Positions 1-12,416 of a stretch of DNA of 63,468 nt are shown piece after piece. Both the position numbers and the translations under genes were made by a program. The DNA lies in contig CM097883.1 of NCBI GenBank assembly GCA_044892505.1, positions 308,822,533 through 308,886,000 on the forward strand. The letters are read 5' to 3'. Every line of letters begins with the position of its first letter. Position 1 is the stretch's first letter. Source of the stretch: Schmidtea nova (Eukaryota). Below the pieces are notes generated by a model. That model was not told the origin of the DNA and did no database searches. It saw nothing but the letters and a program-made list of their open reading frames with translations.

Positions 1-89
1 GTATAAAATAGTATAAAACGAAGATAGGGAAGCAATTGATGGTTGAAACTTTAGTATTGTCTCCAATTCGTGCAAAGTGATTAATATTT

Positions 90-800
90 TTGTTAATATG
101 TCACAAACTCCGATTGGATTGTGTTCAGATCTCGTTTATCAATTGACATGTAATGGGTGTAATGCCACATACATTATAGAGACTTCCCGTCATTTATGTA
201 TTCGAGTTCTTTAACATGGCCAAACAAAGGGAGTGTCTAATATTAGTGATCATAATAAAATCTTTAACAGAATGATTGGTATGTCTGATTTTAAAATCTT
301 ATCGAAAAATCGAAATAATCATTATGAACGCTTTTATCCAAAGCGTTGTTGATAAGATTGCTGAATCCTAAAGTAAATGTGCAGAATACTGTGACCATGT
401 GTATTTTGAATGTTTTTAAATAGTTTGTGTGTTTTGTTGTATTAAATTGAATTGTGAGATCAAATTTAAAATTTAAATTGAATTAAATAAATAAAATTTG
501 TTTTGGGTTAAAATTTAATAAATATAAATTTTTTGTTTAAAAATATATATTTTTTAAATATTTTAGAAATTTTAAATAATTAAGCATTTTTAAAAATTAA
601 TTTATTGTTTGTTTGTTGATAAATTAAAATGAATATTTCAAATTAAATGTTTGAAAAAAAATTATTTAATTATATTTTATAATTTTGTTGTTTAGCCTGA
701 ATTTAGCATAGTTTTATGGATACCTGATGATGACAGGAAGTATGTCGAAATACATTGTTCGTTTGTTGTATAAATGGCGTTTTACTTTAATAAATATTAT
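90..800 (+). mobile_element. Penelope-like element 3' fragment (degenerate GIY-YIG endonuclease plus 3' end)
   Basis: 100-200 matches the intact GIY-YIG ORF at 58400 (tgtaatgggtgtaatgccacatacatt...gagacttcccgtcat). A hammerhead-like core lies at 724-749. Confidence 0.7.
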
Positions 801-1115
801 ATTAATAATATTGTTGGGGTTGAACAAAAGATGCTCAAATATAAAAATAAGAAGCACAAAACGTTATGGAAAATTAATAAAAGTATAAATAGTTTTAAAG
901 TAATAATTAAACCACGAAAATTAATTAAAATTTCAAAAATTTCAAAATACAGATTTAGTGGAGAAAATGGTGTGTCCCAGAAAAAAATAATTTAAAAAAC
1001 TTTAAATTAATTAAGAATTAATTGGCTAATGAGAAACCCGAGATAATGGGAAACTCGATCCAATGGAGAACCTGAGTATCGTAGGAAGATCGGATAAGCA
1101 GTGAGATGGGTATTT
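640..1115 (+). repeat. Dispersed repeat (Penelope 3' end plus flank), copy 1
   Basis: Inverted homologue at about 7160-7700 (e.g. 1021-1079 attggctaatgag...acctgagtat matches the reverse complement of 7183-7241). A diverged copy lies at about 5960-6300. Confidence 0.7.
718..760 (+). ncRNA. Degenerate minimal hammerhead ribozyme motif
   Basis: CTGATGA-T-GACA(ggaagta)TGTC-GAA-ATACAT-T; stem I pairs poorly. Confidence 0.4.
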
Positions 1116-2404
1116 ATCTCCGAGAAAAGATTCCAAGGGAAACCTGATAGGCGCGATTGGTGGAAGGGTAATTGATTATTTTATTTTTAATGAAGGAAAT
1201 TAGAAAATGTCAAATTGGGAGACATGACCAGACAATTTGATCAGATAGTGAAAATTCATAAAAATGAACAGTGTAAAAAGAGAAAATCACAAAGTTTTCT
1301 AGAGTGGTTGAAGAACTAGAAAGTGAGTAAATATTTATCAAAGGAGAAAATAAAAAGTTTAAAAAAAAGTTTTAAAAAAGTTAAAAAAGTTAAAAGCAAA
1401 TACATACTTCACAGCGTACCAGAAAGAGAGATCTTCCTTTGGGGACTTATTCCGTCACTAAGTTGAAAAAATAAAAGTTATTATGAAATTTTTCTACATA
1501 GACTTGTTGTTGTCAGAAGTTGTATCAAAGATTGTGTTAATTCTAGTTTCAAATAAAATTTTCTGTGTTGGGTTATTTTCTTGAATCAATCATAAGAACA
1601 CCATGGAGTCAGATAATCAGTACCGAATAATTAATAAATACCCAACAATATTAACAAAACGATAATATTTAAGAATTATGATTATTAAAGAAATTGAGGA
1701 GCGCAACCAACTTTTAAAAAGATGTAGGGGATTAAAATTTAATAATTTAAAATTATAAAATGATGTTCTTATTTTATCTACCTGATAACTAACAGTTTGC
1801 ATTTAGTAAAATGATATCGAAATTTAAGACAGGAAAAATTTAGAAATAAAACTCTAACAAAATTGCATAGACAATTAAAATTATAAAAAAAAATAAATTT
1901 TAACTCATAAATCTGATGGTAAAAATTGAGATTATCTCCCGCAAACAAATTGCAAGAATTGGTGGCTTGAGAAACGGGTAATTAATTCCTCCCAATGACA
2001 AAAGGGAAATGATTTATGTACAAAAATGAATATATAATTGCAAATTTATTTTACCTTTCGTTTGTTTATTCAGATTTAAAAATAAATATTTACAGCCGAC
2101 TTTATTGAATATTATAAAATTCTGATTGACTTAATTATAAAATTCTTTTGTCATTCAGTCGCAAAATATAATAATAATTTCATGAAAAATTTTATGAAAA
2201 AATATTTCCGCTTAATTTGTAAAGAATTCAATTTGATTTCACTCTTCAAATACGTTGAAAAGGATTTTCTTCGACTGAATGATAAATCAAAGAATTAGTT
2301 ATAAATTTTCGTAATGTTATTTTCTGTCAAACTTTGCATTAAATATTACATGATCACATGGATTTAAAAATAAAATATATTTTTAGACGATTAAAAAATA
2401 AACA

Positions 2405-2418
2405 TATTATTATTATTA

Positions 2419-2449
<31 letters not shown>

Positions 2450-2505
2450 CATCATCATAATTATCTTTTTTCACCTTTGATCTTTTTTTATTATTATTAT
2501 CAATA
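2405..2505. repeat. (ATT)n-rich microsatellite
   Basis: Visible attattatt runs; a second run lies at 3058-3112. Confidence 0.8.
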
Positions 2506-3058
2506 ATTCTCATAATGATGACTATAGATCAAATTTTTTTTTATAAACAATAACACAATATTTCGGCACAGCCTTTATCAAGTGTGTATTTAATACACAC
2601 TTAAATACACGCTTGATAAAGGCTGTGCCGAAATATTGTGTTATTGTTTATAAAAAAATTTTGATCTATAGTCATNNNNNNNNNNNNNNNNNNNNNNNNN
2701 NNNNNNNNNNNNNNNNNNNNNNNNNNNNNNNNNNNNNNNNNNNNNNNNNNNNNNNNNNNNNNNNNNNNNNNNNNNNNNNNNNNNNNNNNNNNNNNNNNNN
2801 NNNNNNNNNNNNNNNNNNNNNNNNNNNNNNNNNNNNNNNNAACAAAATAAGCCGTTGCTGCAAAAATAATTTTATTAAGTGAGAAAACTTTCGATTATCA
2901 AATAATCCTCGTCAATCTCTCTTGAGATTGACGAGGATTATTTGATAATCGTAAATTTTCTCACTTAATAAAATTATTTTTGCAGCAACGGCTTATTTTG
3001 TTACTTATTTATTAATTAATTTAATACTTAATGCTGCTACCAAGGAATCACCATTTTA

Positions 3059-3095
<37 letters not shown>

Positions 3096-3469
3096 TTATT
3101 ATTATTATTGTTATAAATTTATAAATTAAATTTCGTAAAAATATTTACAATATAAATTTTATTTCGCTTGCAAAAAAATATTGAAACAATCAATTTATCG
3201 CAATTTGTATTTTTAAAAATGTTTTTTATCTGTCTGGATTTGGGAACTACTTAAAAACTTCAACTATTTTTTTGAAATTGAAAATTATTAAAAAAAATTT
3301 TGCCAAATTTTTGTTTAGATGTTCAGTTTTAACATTTTAATATTTGACAAAGAAAATATACACCAAATTTGAAATTTATTCAGAGGCCCCAAAAATATTA
3401 ATCAATTAATATTGGTTGAAAAAAAATTTTTTAATTTCATTTATGTTGGCAGTTTGCACAAATTGACTA

Positions 3470-3980
3470 TTATAAACACCCACGCCCTATTATAGTCATT
3501 ACCTCCCTGTACAGCCACGTCTCATCAATGACCATTACATTCTTTTGGAGGTCATTTAAAATGGTCTGCGCAACATAACATGTATGCTGCTTCATGTTGT
3601 CTGTAAGTTTCTTTGGTACCCAATTGCTGAATACAAATTGTTTGCTGAGATCACCTTTCAGGATTCTTTGAACACTTGACCACAATAATGCTGTCCGGCG
3701 TACACAGACATGTATGGGCCATTCTCCACTTGTTCCTTTACGAGAGAAATGTTTGCATTAGTTCTCGTATGTCTGGGTCTACCTTGTTCCTTTCCATGAC
3801 AGAAATTGAATTGCTCACTCTCTCGGAACTAGTGTGCTTTCCTCTGAATTTGACGAAGACCGAACATTCACTTTTTACCCCAGGCAGTAAACTTCAACTG
3901 ATAAATATCAAATGTTTTCTACTCATTCTATTTTTGAGAAGTTAAGAAGAAATTGACAAGCTTTTCTTAAAATCCCATAA
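3470..3980 (-). pseudogene. Mariner transposase remnant
   Basis: The track ORF 3470-3685 contains NWVPKKLT (mariner WVPHEL motif) and VIDETWLY (first catalytic D). Confidence 0.75.
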
Positions 3981-4289
3981 TTGGAAAACAGCGCTATAAA
4001 CCANNNNNNNNNNNNNNNNNNNNNNNNNNNNNNNNNNNNNNNNNNNNNNNNNNNNNNNNNNNNNNNNNNNNNNNNNNNNNNNNNNNNNNNNNNNNNNNNN
4101 NNNNNNNNNNNNNNNNNNNNNNNNNNNNNNNNNNNNNNNNNNNNNNNNNNNNNNNNNNNNNNNNNNNNNNNNNNNNNNNNNNNNNNNNNTAAGTACTTAG
4201 ACTCGACACAAAATAAGCAATTGATTTTATTCAAACTTTCAGTAACAAACGAGCAGCAAATAAATGTTTATTTCTCAGTGTAAGTTCCT

Positions 4290-5360
4290 CCAACTTTTAT
4301 ATATTCTTGCCAGTTTCAAAATGCTCTATTCATTAAAGGTCTTCTGAAAATCACAGGCACAATTAAAGAATTTTCTTCACAAATCCTTCTTCATTTGTCA
4401 GTAAAGGTTAATATTATTAGGGGCGAGGTCGGGACTGTGTGATGAGTGAAGCATCAATGACAATCCACATGAGTCAGTCGCAATAGCCTGAGTTCAATAT
4501 ATACTTTTTTCTGTCACTTTCTTTTTGCTTGCTTTACCAGTTGTATATAATATTCATTGTTGATTTTGATATATAATGCAGCGAAATCTATTTTGAGAAA
4601 GCCTTTAATGTCCCAAAAGATTGTGAACGTCACAGATTTCTTGTGAGATGTACGAGTTCTCATTTTTAGTGATGGTTTCTCCTCTAGTGTTTTCCGTTTG
4701 GCAGATTCACGTTTAGTTTCAGTTATGTATAGGCTCAGAAGTGTCTCATCTCTTGTGATCGTGTTTAAAAAACATCACAAAAAACAACACTCAAATCGTT
4801 TTTTTTTGCATGTCACCCTTAGGAATACGTGACACAAATCTTGAACACAGCTCCCGATGCCCATTTCATTCAGACAGTTATGAAACCTATCTTTGGAGTT
4901 GTTTAGACGATATTCCAGATCTCTTGTTACAATGTGACGGTCTGTCATAATGATTTTCTCCAGTATTTCTTTCTTATCATTTTCAACTTACACTGGTCTG
5001 ACAGGCTTTTCGAAATCAATAACACCAGCGCGCTCCATTTTAAAATCACGAATCCAGTTGTAATTGGCTGCTTTACAATGGAACTCATTCTTGTAAACAT
5101 CCTGCAGTTGTGCAATAATTTCTTAGCTATTAGTTTTTTTCAACAGCACAAACTTTATAACGCTTCGAAATTCAATATTATCTGACATTTTCTTTTGTAA
5201 TAATGAAATAGGGTAATTTCTTTTTTAAACAAAAAATAGCTTAGAAAAACAAAAGCACTTTTCATTACTTTTACATATTTAAGTATAATCGGCAGTGCTA
5301 TCTATTTTATAAAGTAATTATTTCTTTACGAGTATAAGTATATTTTGGGCGCACCATGTA
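4290..5360 (-). mobile_element. Degenerate mariner element
   Basis: The minus strand has a TIR-like end (tacatggtgcgcccaaaata at 5360-5341), an N-terminal MSDNIEFRSVIKF and an HSPDLAP motif at about 4420-4440. Confidence 0.7.
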
Positions 5361-7159
5361 TATCAAAGATTATATATTGTCTTAAAGCATAGAATGCTAA
5401 TGTGCTCACTTTCCATGTGTAACATAAAAAAGACATTACTTTTGGTCCCCTTTATATTTCACATATATTTCACAATTTCGGGCCTAAAGGATTTTTTTAG
5501 TGTTTTAGAAAAAATGTCTAAATAATTCCAAGATTTAATAGTAATTTTATTTCATTTTATAATATTTTTGTCCAATATTACGCTTTATATGTATTTTATC
5601 AGAGAATATGGAATAATTTTGAAGAAATTTATTGCTATTTTAGAATTTATGGTTATAAATTATGCGAATGATAATTTTAATTTTATTAAATGTTAACTGA
5701 TAAGGGTTTATGTAAACTGTTAATTGCATTTTATGAATTAGTGGATTTTATTAGTGAGAATTGTATTTTATGAATTGTATTTAATTTGATTAATGAAAAT
5801 AAGCGAAATCGTAAATAAACGGTCAAAGGGGTTTGAAAAAAAAATATTTTGATGAAAATAAATGTAATTATTATTTTGTCAATTCTATAATCATTTTAAA
5901 GTTATTTAAAATATATTTCAATAATAAGTTAGAATTTCAACAATATTAAATTATATACAATTGTGTTACCTTTGTTGGGGTTTTTAAAATTTACAGAAAA
6001 TAAATATTTAATAGCACAAATCAAAAAAATACTAAAATTTGGAAAATAATAATATTTGTGAAAACATTAATTAAAAATTTATAAAAAATTTAAATAAAGT
6101 TTGAGCGGGGGAAACTGGTATGGGAGGATGCCAGTTGATGAGACGAATTCAAATATGGGTATATAAAATTGAAAAGGGACCCCCAGAAAGATAAATTAAG
6201 AAAATACAAATTAATTAAAAATAATTAATCGTCTAATGGGAAACCCGAGCCAATGGGAAACCCCAGCGATGTGGGAAACCCGGGGCATCAACAAAATCAT
6301 TTAATTATTGAAATAAATATAATGCCCCGGGAAGAGCTGAAAAACCATTAGGGACGAAACTCAATTAGGTGGCGGTCAAACAAATTAAATTATTTCATTT
6401 TCGACAGATTCAATTAAGCCGACAGGATGACAACAAAAAGTAGTATATAAACGGAGAGCAAATTGCCGATATCGCCAAAAGTAGTCGAAGATAAATTTCA
6501 AGAATAATCAAAATTGTTCAAACAGCTAGAAGCTATTTGGAGGAAGCGTATAGAAGAAACCAAAAATAGAAATTGAATTTAAATCTTCTTGCGTGCCAGA
6601 GTGGGAGATATCCCATTGGGTGTTCTACTCTCACGCGGAAGAATGCAGAGCATTAGTAACTTTCTGTGATAAAAAGTGTTATTGTTCATTGGAAAAATAA
6701 TATAAAGTTATTGTGTTGGGTTTCATTTATTTTCGTGATTGATAGAGAACACAGGAGTCAGAAATTACCGACTTCACAATAATAACCCAACACCTTAATG
6801 AAATTATTCCAAATTGTGCATTTATGTCATTTATACAGTGAAATCTGTACATACAGTTATTTATTATTGGCATAAAAATAGAGTATAAAAATAAATTAAG
6901 CATTGTAACACAGCGCATATGATTCCTATAATAAAACACACATGCAAACATAAGATAAACTTTTGTACATAATATTTTTGAGTTTTTTTAAACTATAAAA
7001 TATTGATATTTTTCAGAAGGATAAAAAATTTAACACTTAACATTATACATTTAAAATATTAATTTGAAAATACTATTTTAAAAATATTTTTTATTTTAAT
7101 CTTTTAAAAATAATATTTAAAACATGGAATTAATTTTTTCGGAGGTAAATACCTATCTC

Positions 7160-7700
7160 GCTGCTTATATGGGCTTCCTATAATACTCAGGTTCTCCATT
7201 GGATCGAGTTTCCCATTATCTCGGGTTACTCATTAGCCAATAAATTCTTAATTAATTTATAAAATTTTTAATTATATTCTTCTGGGACCCACCATCAATT
7301 TTATTTTACCATTTTTGAAATTGTCTCACTATTTAGCATACACTCATATCAATTTTCACCACTAAATCTGTATTTTGAAATTTTCTAAATTTTAATTAAT
7401 TTTCGTGGTTTAATTATTACTTTAAAAATATTTATACTTTTATTGATTTCCCATCAAGTTTTGAGCTTCATATTTTTGTATTTGAGCTTCTTTTGTTCAA
7501 CCCCAACAATATTATTAATATAATATTTATTAAAGTAAAACGCCATTTATACAACAAACGAACAATATATTTTTAGAGACTCCCGGTTATCACCAGGTAT
7601 CTATAAAACTATGCTAAATTCAGGCTAAACAAACAAGTTATAAAATATAATTAGATATAGATATTAACTTTCTTTATTTTTAAAAATGTTTTTCAAGCGT
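7160..7700 (-). repeat. Dispersed repeat (Penelope 3' end plus flank), inverted copy 2
   Basis: Reverse complement matches about 640-1115; the hammerhead core is decayed. Confidence 0.7.
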
Positions 7701-7733
7701 TTATTTTAAAATATACATATATACATATATATA

Positions 7734-7853
7734 TACTGGAACATCGATTTGCGTCGTTAATTGGGACTTGAAAAAGATGACGCAAATCGAGTTTTTAGTA
7801 TTGACGTATGTATAACCATATTTTGTTAATAAATACTAACAGAAAACAATTCC
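7734..7853. mobile_element. Left part of a pogo/Tigger-like MITE interrupted by the giant element
   Basis: TIR tactggaacatcgatttgcgtcgtt (7734-7758), preceded by TA repeats, matches the reverse complement of 37285-37309 at 21/25 positions. Confidence 0.65.
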
Positions 7854-8355
7854 TTTGTAATTGCTGGGCAAATAATTTTCTCTGTCTTCGCCGTTTCTGC
7901 CCAATGCGCTTGCGTTTTTGGTGCGTATTCGCCGATGAGGTGGTTGAATTTGCTGCAGGAGCTGTCTCATTCCGACTTTCGATTAGATCTGCGACATCCG
8001 TGCCTATGGAATTCACAGTCTTCTTTTCTGATGTCCAAGCTTGGTACGTAACCGGACGGATTTGCTCTCTGAGCTCCTTCTCAATATATGAGGCAGTTAC
8101 GGAATGGAGGCATTTTCGGAGTTCTATCTTTGTAGCCTCCCATTCCATTTGATAATCGGCTGCCGTCTGTTGGGCGCGCTCGGTTTTACTGATTTGCTCC
8201 TTCATTCGGGCCGGAGCAAACCAGCTTTTGCGCAAGTATGCAATCTGTGCCTCTGCTTTGATCAATTGTGCCTTGAGGAGACCCACTTCCTTGTCCTGGG
8301 CCCTCCGAATCCGCCACATCTTCTCCAATTCTCTCTGCATCAAATCGGGGTTCAT
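7854..8355 (-). pseudogene. Truncated copy of LTR ORF-B
   Basis: Identical to 34861->34360, then runs into flanking MITE DNA (the track protein's CFLLVFINKIWLYIRQY tail is flank-derived). Confidence 0.8.
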
Positions 8356-8541
8356 TCTATAATTTATTTAGGATATTTACTCTATGATTTAATTATATGA
8401 AAATTAAAATCTGATCATAGGATTATTAGGTCACGAATATGAACTATTAAAAGGTGAAACAGAACAACAATAAAAAAAAAACAAAAATTCACTAATGAAC
8501 TATAATATTTTAATACAATTTCAACATTGGTTAATCAGTGT

Positions 8542-9021
8542 TCATCTCCGAAATAAACAATGCAATTCGCAGTTAATCGGTTTCTGACGCAGACGAGCCC
8601 AGGAAAACGCAGGTTGTCCTTTCCAGCATTCCTTGCCGAAGGGTTTTCGTGGCAGGAATTCGTGTAGGCCTAGTTGGCATAGTTCCCGACGAGGGATATG
8701 CCCCCAATAAATTACACGGCTTGTACGTCAATCTGTGTTCTTGATCAGTACGACAAGTCGGCCAAATTTGTTCGAGTACGGCCTTTGAGAAATCGGCCAG
8801 TTCGGTCCTCCTCGATAGAGTATTTGGTCGTGCCCTCCTGTCCATATCGAGAACGGGCATTTTCGGCCAAACCCCTGTCGCCACTTATACATTTGGCAGT
8901 TGAGGGTTCGCAATATTGATGCTGGTAGATCCTTGAGCTGCGAGATATTTCCATTTCGCAGATTCTCTCGCTCCATATTCCGTAGTTGCGTTAATTGATT
9001 TATAAGTTCAGCTGTCGACAT
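8542..9021 (-). pseudogene. 3' LTR copy of LTR ORF-A with a premature stop
   Basis: The 8730 SNP changes GGA to TGA after LIKNTD (97 aa vs 159 aa in the 5' LTR). Confidence 0.8.
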
Positions 9022-10393
9022 CTATATTACATTTATTGGATATGAAATATCTGAGAAAAGGGGGGAAAATTCGTTGATAATTTAATTATACTGTATATAA
9101 TCACAAAAGTTACTTAAAAATAAGATTAATTTTCTTTCTCTCCGCCGTGATCTACCACGGTCGGAATAAAGAGTTCATAATTAGTCCTGTGCTATATACA
9201 GCATTCAGGAATTTTCAAATTTAATCAAGATTTCCGCGCTATATACAGCGGTCGGATTATAACTTGGGAACCGCGCCATATACGACGATCGGCCTATTTT
9301 TAGTAACTAATTTAATTTGGATTTTCCGACGCATTCCATCGCGATCGGAATTTATCGATATTAAAATTTTGTAGGCGAGATGCTGATTTCGAATGAAATC
9401 GGACTTTGGACTACGTTGGATTTTCTCATTTCAGCGAAATTATTCAAATTTATTTTATTTGTTGCTCACTGCTTTTCCATGCGGGAGGTTCCATTTCGAT
9501 TCAATTTACTAAAATTTTAAGAGTGAGCATGCCCTACCATGGGGTGTCCCTCCTTATCAATCCGCCCTCCGCAATCTACATATTGGGCCCTCGACCTTCG
9601 TCCGTTGTGCAACCCAGAATTAAATAATTTGCAAATGGTCTGTACTAGACTAAAAATCCAATCAAATTTTCTAACTAAAATTTCACATCTAAGTTAAATA
9701 ATAAAAAGGTTGAACCGCCATGTGAGACCCTGAGGCCCCACGACGACGACTCGGACTCCCTCGCCGCGTGAGCAGCATAGGAAGTATAGCTATAATCAAT
9801 GAAAAAAATAAAATAACGTTTACATATAAACTTTTAATTAAATAAAAATCATGGGTACATCATATAAGATAACATAAAAAATTACTTCCGTACTTGAATG
9901 TGTGGTTCCTTGTATGAAATTCGGTTTTTCCAAAGAATTACTCAAATCAAAGTTTAGTCTTGATCTTGAGTGAAAAATAACGTCTAAGTCTGTGATTTTT
10001 GGATCGGTATTTATACTGATCCGTCTGGTTGGATTGACCAATCAGGATCAGGCCGTCCATCAAAGTATTTTTATTATTTTAATCTAATCTAAACATTATT
10101 TTGTTTCCTTTTCCGGTTTCTCGCTGGGTGGTCCTGATTTTCCAAGTAATTAATTAATTATTTGTACTATTATTTTATTTAATTCTATTTTTTCTCCTTT
10201 CAGGCCCCCTTTTGCGGTTGTTTACCGGTTTATTTTCAAAATTTCCTTTTACTGAAAATTTATCAATTATTATTTGTCGTTTTATTGTTATTTTTAATTT
10301 GTTTTTCTTGCTATTTTTATTTTTATTATTTCTTTATTGTTTCATGCTTTTGTTCGTTTTATTGTGTTTTTAGGTGATTTGGCGGGCCCAACA

Positions 10394-10413
10394 TCACCCG
10401 GGGACCCCTAAAA
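10394..10413 (-). promoter_or_regulatory. Candidate polypurine-tract position (atypical)
   Basis: Minus strand ttttaggggtccccgggtga directly abuts the TGTTGGG start of the 3' LTR; G-rich but not pure purine. Confidence 0.4.
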
Positions 10414-10596
10414 TTGCGTCCCGCAATTAATTATACATAAATACTTATATTCATCATCCATAAAAAGTTTTATAAAGTTATACATGCAAAGAAAAATCAC
10501 ATAAGGTGATCGAATTTATACATATCATAAAGTTTGTCATTAAATAGTCAAAATGTAATGATTTGTCACAATAGTTCGGTAAGTTTATCATAATGT

Positions 10597-11166
10597 TTAT
10601 ACAATTTGTTCGATCGTCTGGCTCGCTTGGGGTTGAGTTCGGGTCCTCTCGTTGATCATTTGTAGCTCGTAGTGGGTTTGAATGTGGTTGAGATGGCTCC
10701 TTATTCGTTTTTGAGATCGGTTATCTCGTCTGGAGGTTTGGTTATAGATTTTCTGCTTTTGTTTTAGGATTTTTATTCTATATGAGGCGATTAGGATTGT
10801 GATTGCGATGATAGTTGTGCTGACTGCTAGGATTATGATGATTGCTATGATCCATTTCTCTTGATATTCTATTTCAGCTTGGGATAGGCTTTTTATGGGT
10901 TCTCTACCTTCTTTCAGGATTTTTCGGGTTTCTTCTAGTTTCAGTTGTTGGTTATCGAAGATTTGTTGGATTTGATGGTCTTGATTGTGAGGGTATTTCT
11001 GTCGGAATTCGTTGATTTCTTTAATTACTTCTTCGATTAGGCTGTCTACTTTCTGATAGGTTTTGTCGGGTAGAACTCGTAATTGGGTTTCGGTTAGTTG
11101 TAGATCTTCTCTCTGTAGGGTAATGGTTGTTAACCATAGGAGTGTTGCTATTGCGAGCTTTCTCAT
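10597..11166 (-). CDS. 189-aa putative type I membrane protein (signal peptide, helical ectodomain, TM, basic tail)
   Basis: First ATG at 11166 gives MRKLAIATLLWLTTITLQ; TM segment WIIAIIIILAVSTTIIAITILIASY is followed by RIKILKQKQK. Confidence 0.75.
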   Translation of the reverse strand: MRKLAIATLLWLTTITLQREDLQLTETQLRVLPDKTYQKVDSLIEEVIKEINEFRQKYPHNQDHQIQQIFDNQQLKLEETRKILKEGREPIKSLSQAEIEYQEKWIIAIIIILAVSTTIIAITILIASYRIKILKQKQKIYNQTSRRDNRSQKRIRSHLNHIQTHYELQMINERTRTQPQASQTIEQIV

Positions 11167-11241
11167 CTCTTTTATACATCGGTCAATACAGCTTGACACT
11201 TTTTATTTTACATAATTTATTTACACTTGGTTTCCGCACAT

Positions 11242-12303
11242 TTATACAAGGGTTTCGTTGGGTTCGTGAAAACCTTCGTCTTGAGGTTCCACTTGATTTA
11301 TGGGGAGTGGCATCCATATTACCGTGCTCCTCCACATTTCGACTTCTTCTCGGTATGTGTGGGATATCTGGATCTCTTCATCTAATAAGTATTCCAGATA
11401 GTTCGCCTGTTCTGTTAGGGTTTCAATTTGTTTTTCTAGTTCTGCCAATTTTTTCTCTCTCTCTTCCTTCTCCATCATTTCGGTTACTGCTGCTGTGATA
11501 CTTGTTTCTTTTATTGGTATTGGTTTTTCTGCCAACTTCTTTCTCAGTTCTTCGTTTTCTTTTGTCAAATTTGTTATGTTCTCTTCATAACTCTGCCTCG
11601 TTTCTTCCAGTCTTTCTTTAGTTCTTTTTAATTCTATTTTCTTCTGGGTGATCACTCCTTGATATCCATTTATGTCTCTTTTCATGTTTTCTTCCTTGTG
11701 ATTCCACATTCCGGTCAGCATACCTTTTAATTGTTCTTGATTGGCTAAATCTTCTCCCATTCTTTGTACTTGATAAGTTAATTCTTTTATTTTCTTGGCT
11801 TGTTCTCTGATAAATTGTTGTCTTTCTTTACTCCATATTTTTTTTGACGCTTCTTGACTGATCTTTTGCCCTAATTCCTCTTTTAATTCATCGATCTCTT
11901 TAAACAGTTTCCAATCATCGCTGTACGCTGTTCGTTCTATTATCTCCCTTGCTTCCTTGTAAGAGTCTTTCGCCTCTTTCTTCCAATATCTTGCTTGTTC
12001 TGTGATTGACTGAATCTTATGGTCTGTTTTTATTTGTTGTCTATCCCTATCCTCTCGTCGCTCTTTCATCATCTCTTTGTAGTATTCGTTTTGTTGTCTT
12101 AGCAGTTTGTAGACTTCTTCTATTTTTTCTCGACTTCTTTGATTCGTTTTCTCGGCTTCTCTTAGTGCTTGGGTTTGTCTTTCCAATTCCTCCTGTTTTC
12201 GATAATAGGCATGAATCCATATCCCAATCCGCTCCATGTGATTTCTGATCATTTCGTCTTGATGTGCTGTTACTTCTTGTAAGGTTACTTCTATATTTCC
12301 CAT
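11242..12303 (-). CDS. 353-aa coiled-coil protein of unknown function
   Basis: Intact ORF on the element strand, E/K/Q/R-rich with heptad-like pattern, acceptor-like tatAG two nt before the ATG. Confidence 0.75.
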   Translation of the reverse strand: MGNIEVTLQEVTAHQDEMIRNHMERIGIWIHAYYRKQEELERQTQALREAEKTNQRSREKIEEVYKLLRQQNEYYKEMMKERREDRDRQQIKTDHKIQSITEQARYWKKEAKDSYKEAREIIERTAYSDDWKLFKEIDELKEELGQKISQEASKKIWSKERQQFIREQAKKIKELTYQVQRMGEDLANQEQLKGMLTGMWNHKEENMKRDINGYQGVITQKKIELKRTKERLEETRQSYEENITNLTKENEELRKKLAEKPIPIKETSITAAVTEMMEKEEREKKLAELEKQIETLTEQANYLEYLLDEEIQISHTYREEVEMWRSTVIWMPLPINQVEPQDEGFHEPNETLV

Positions 12304-12416
12304 TTCTATAATTACAGATAAAAAGAATATTTAATCATTTTTTATTTTTATTGTTTTTGATTATTTGTTAATTCATATTGTTTCTATACATTTTATTTAC
12401 ATGGTTACTTCCTTCA

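Larger units (their letters stand above)
7854..10393 (-). repeat. 3' LTR, truncated at its distal end
   Basis: Near-identical to 34360-36899 (one difference noticed, 8730 a vs 35236 c). Identity stops at 7854 in the middle of an ORF, with no TSD. Confidence 0.9.

Noticed and set aside
774-1802. Short AT-rich ORFs outside elements (also 6727, 49693-50952, 52811, 53989)
   Set aside because: Low-complexity I/K/N/F/Y composition within repeats; no coding evidence.
2613-4283. ORFs dominated by X residues (also near 39965, 40934 and 53489)
   Set aside because: They are artefacts of N gaps.
6320-6372. Possible hammerhead at ctgaaaaaccattagggacgaaac
   Set aside because: The core lacks CTGANGA and stem II does not pair.
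8573-8954. Alternative-frame ORFs in the LTR (8573-8884, 8745-8954 and their copies at 35079 and 35251)
   Set aside because: They overlap ORF-A in other frames, lack the acceptor-ATG context and show no recognisable motifs; overlapping use cannot be strictly excluded.
7856-10393. Apparent canonical TG...CA LTR pair (7856-10393 / 34362-36899)
   Set aside because: No TSD, no PBS next to 34362, and ORF-B crosses the boundary. The PBS and an inverted terminal motif at 33773-33803 indicate a longer LTR with a truncated left copy.
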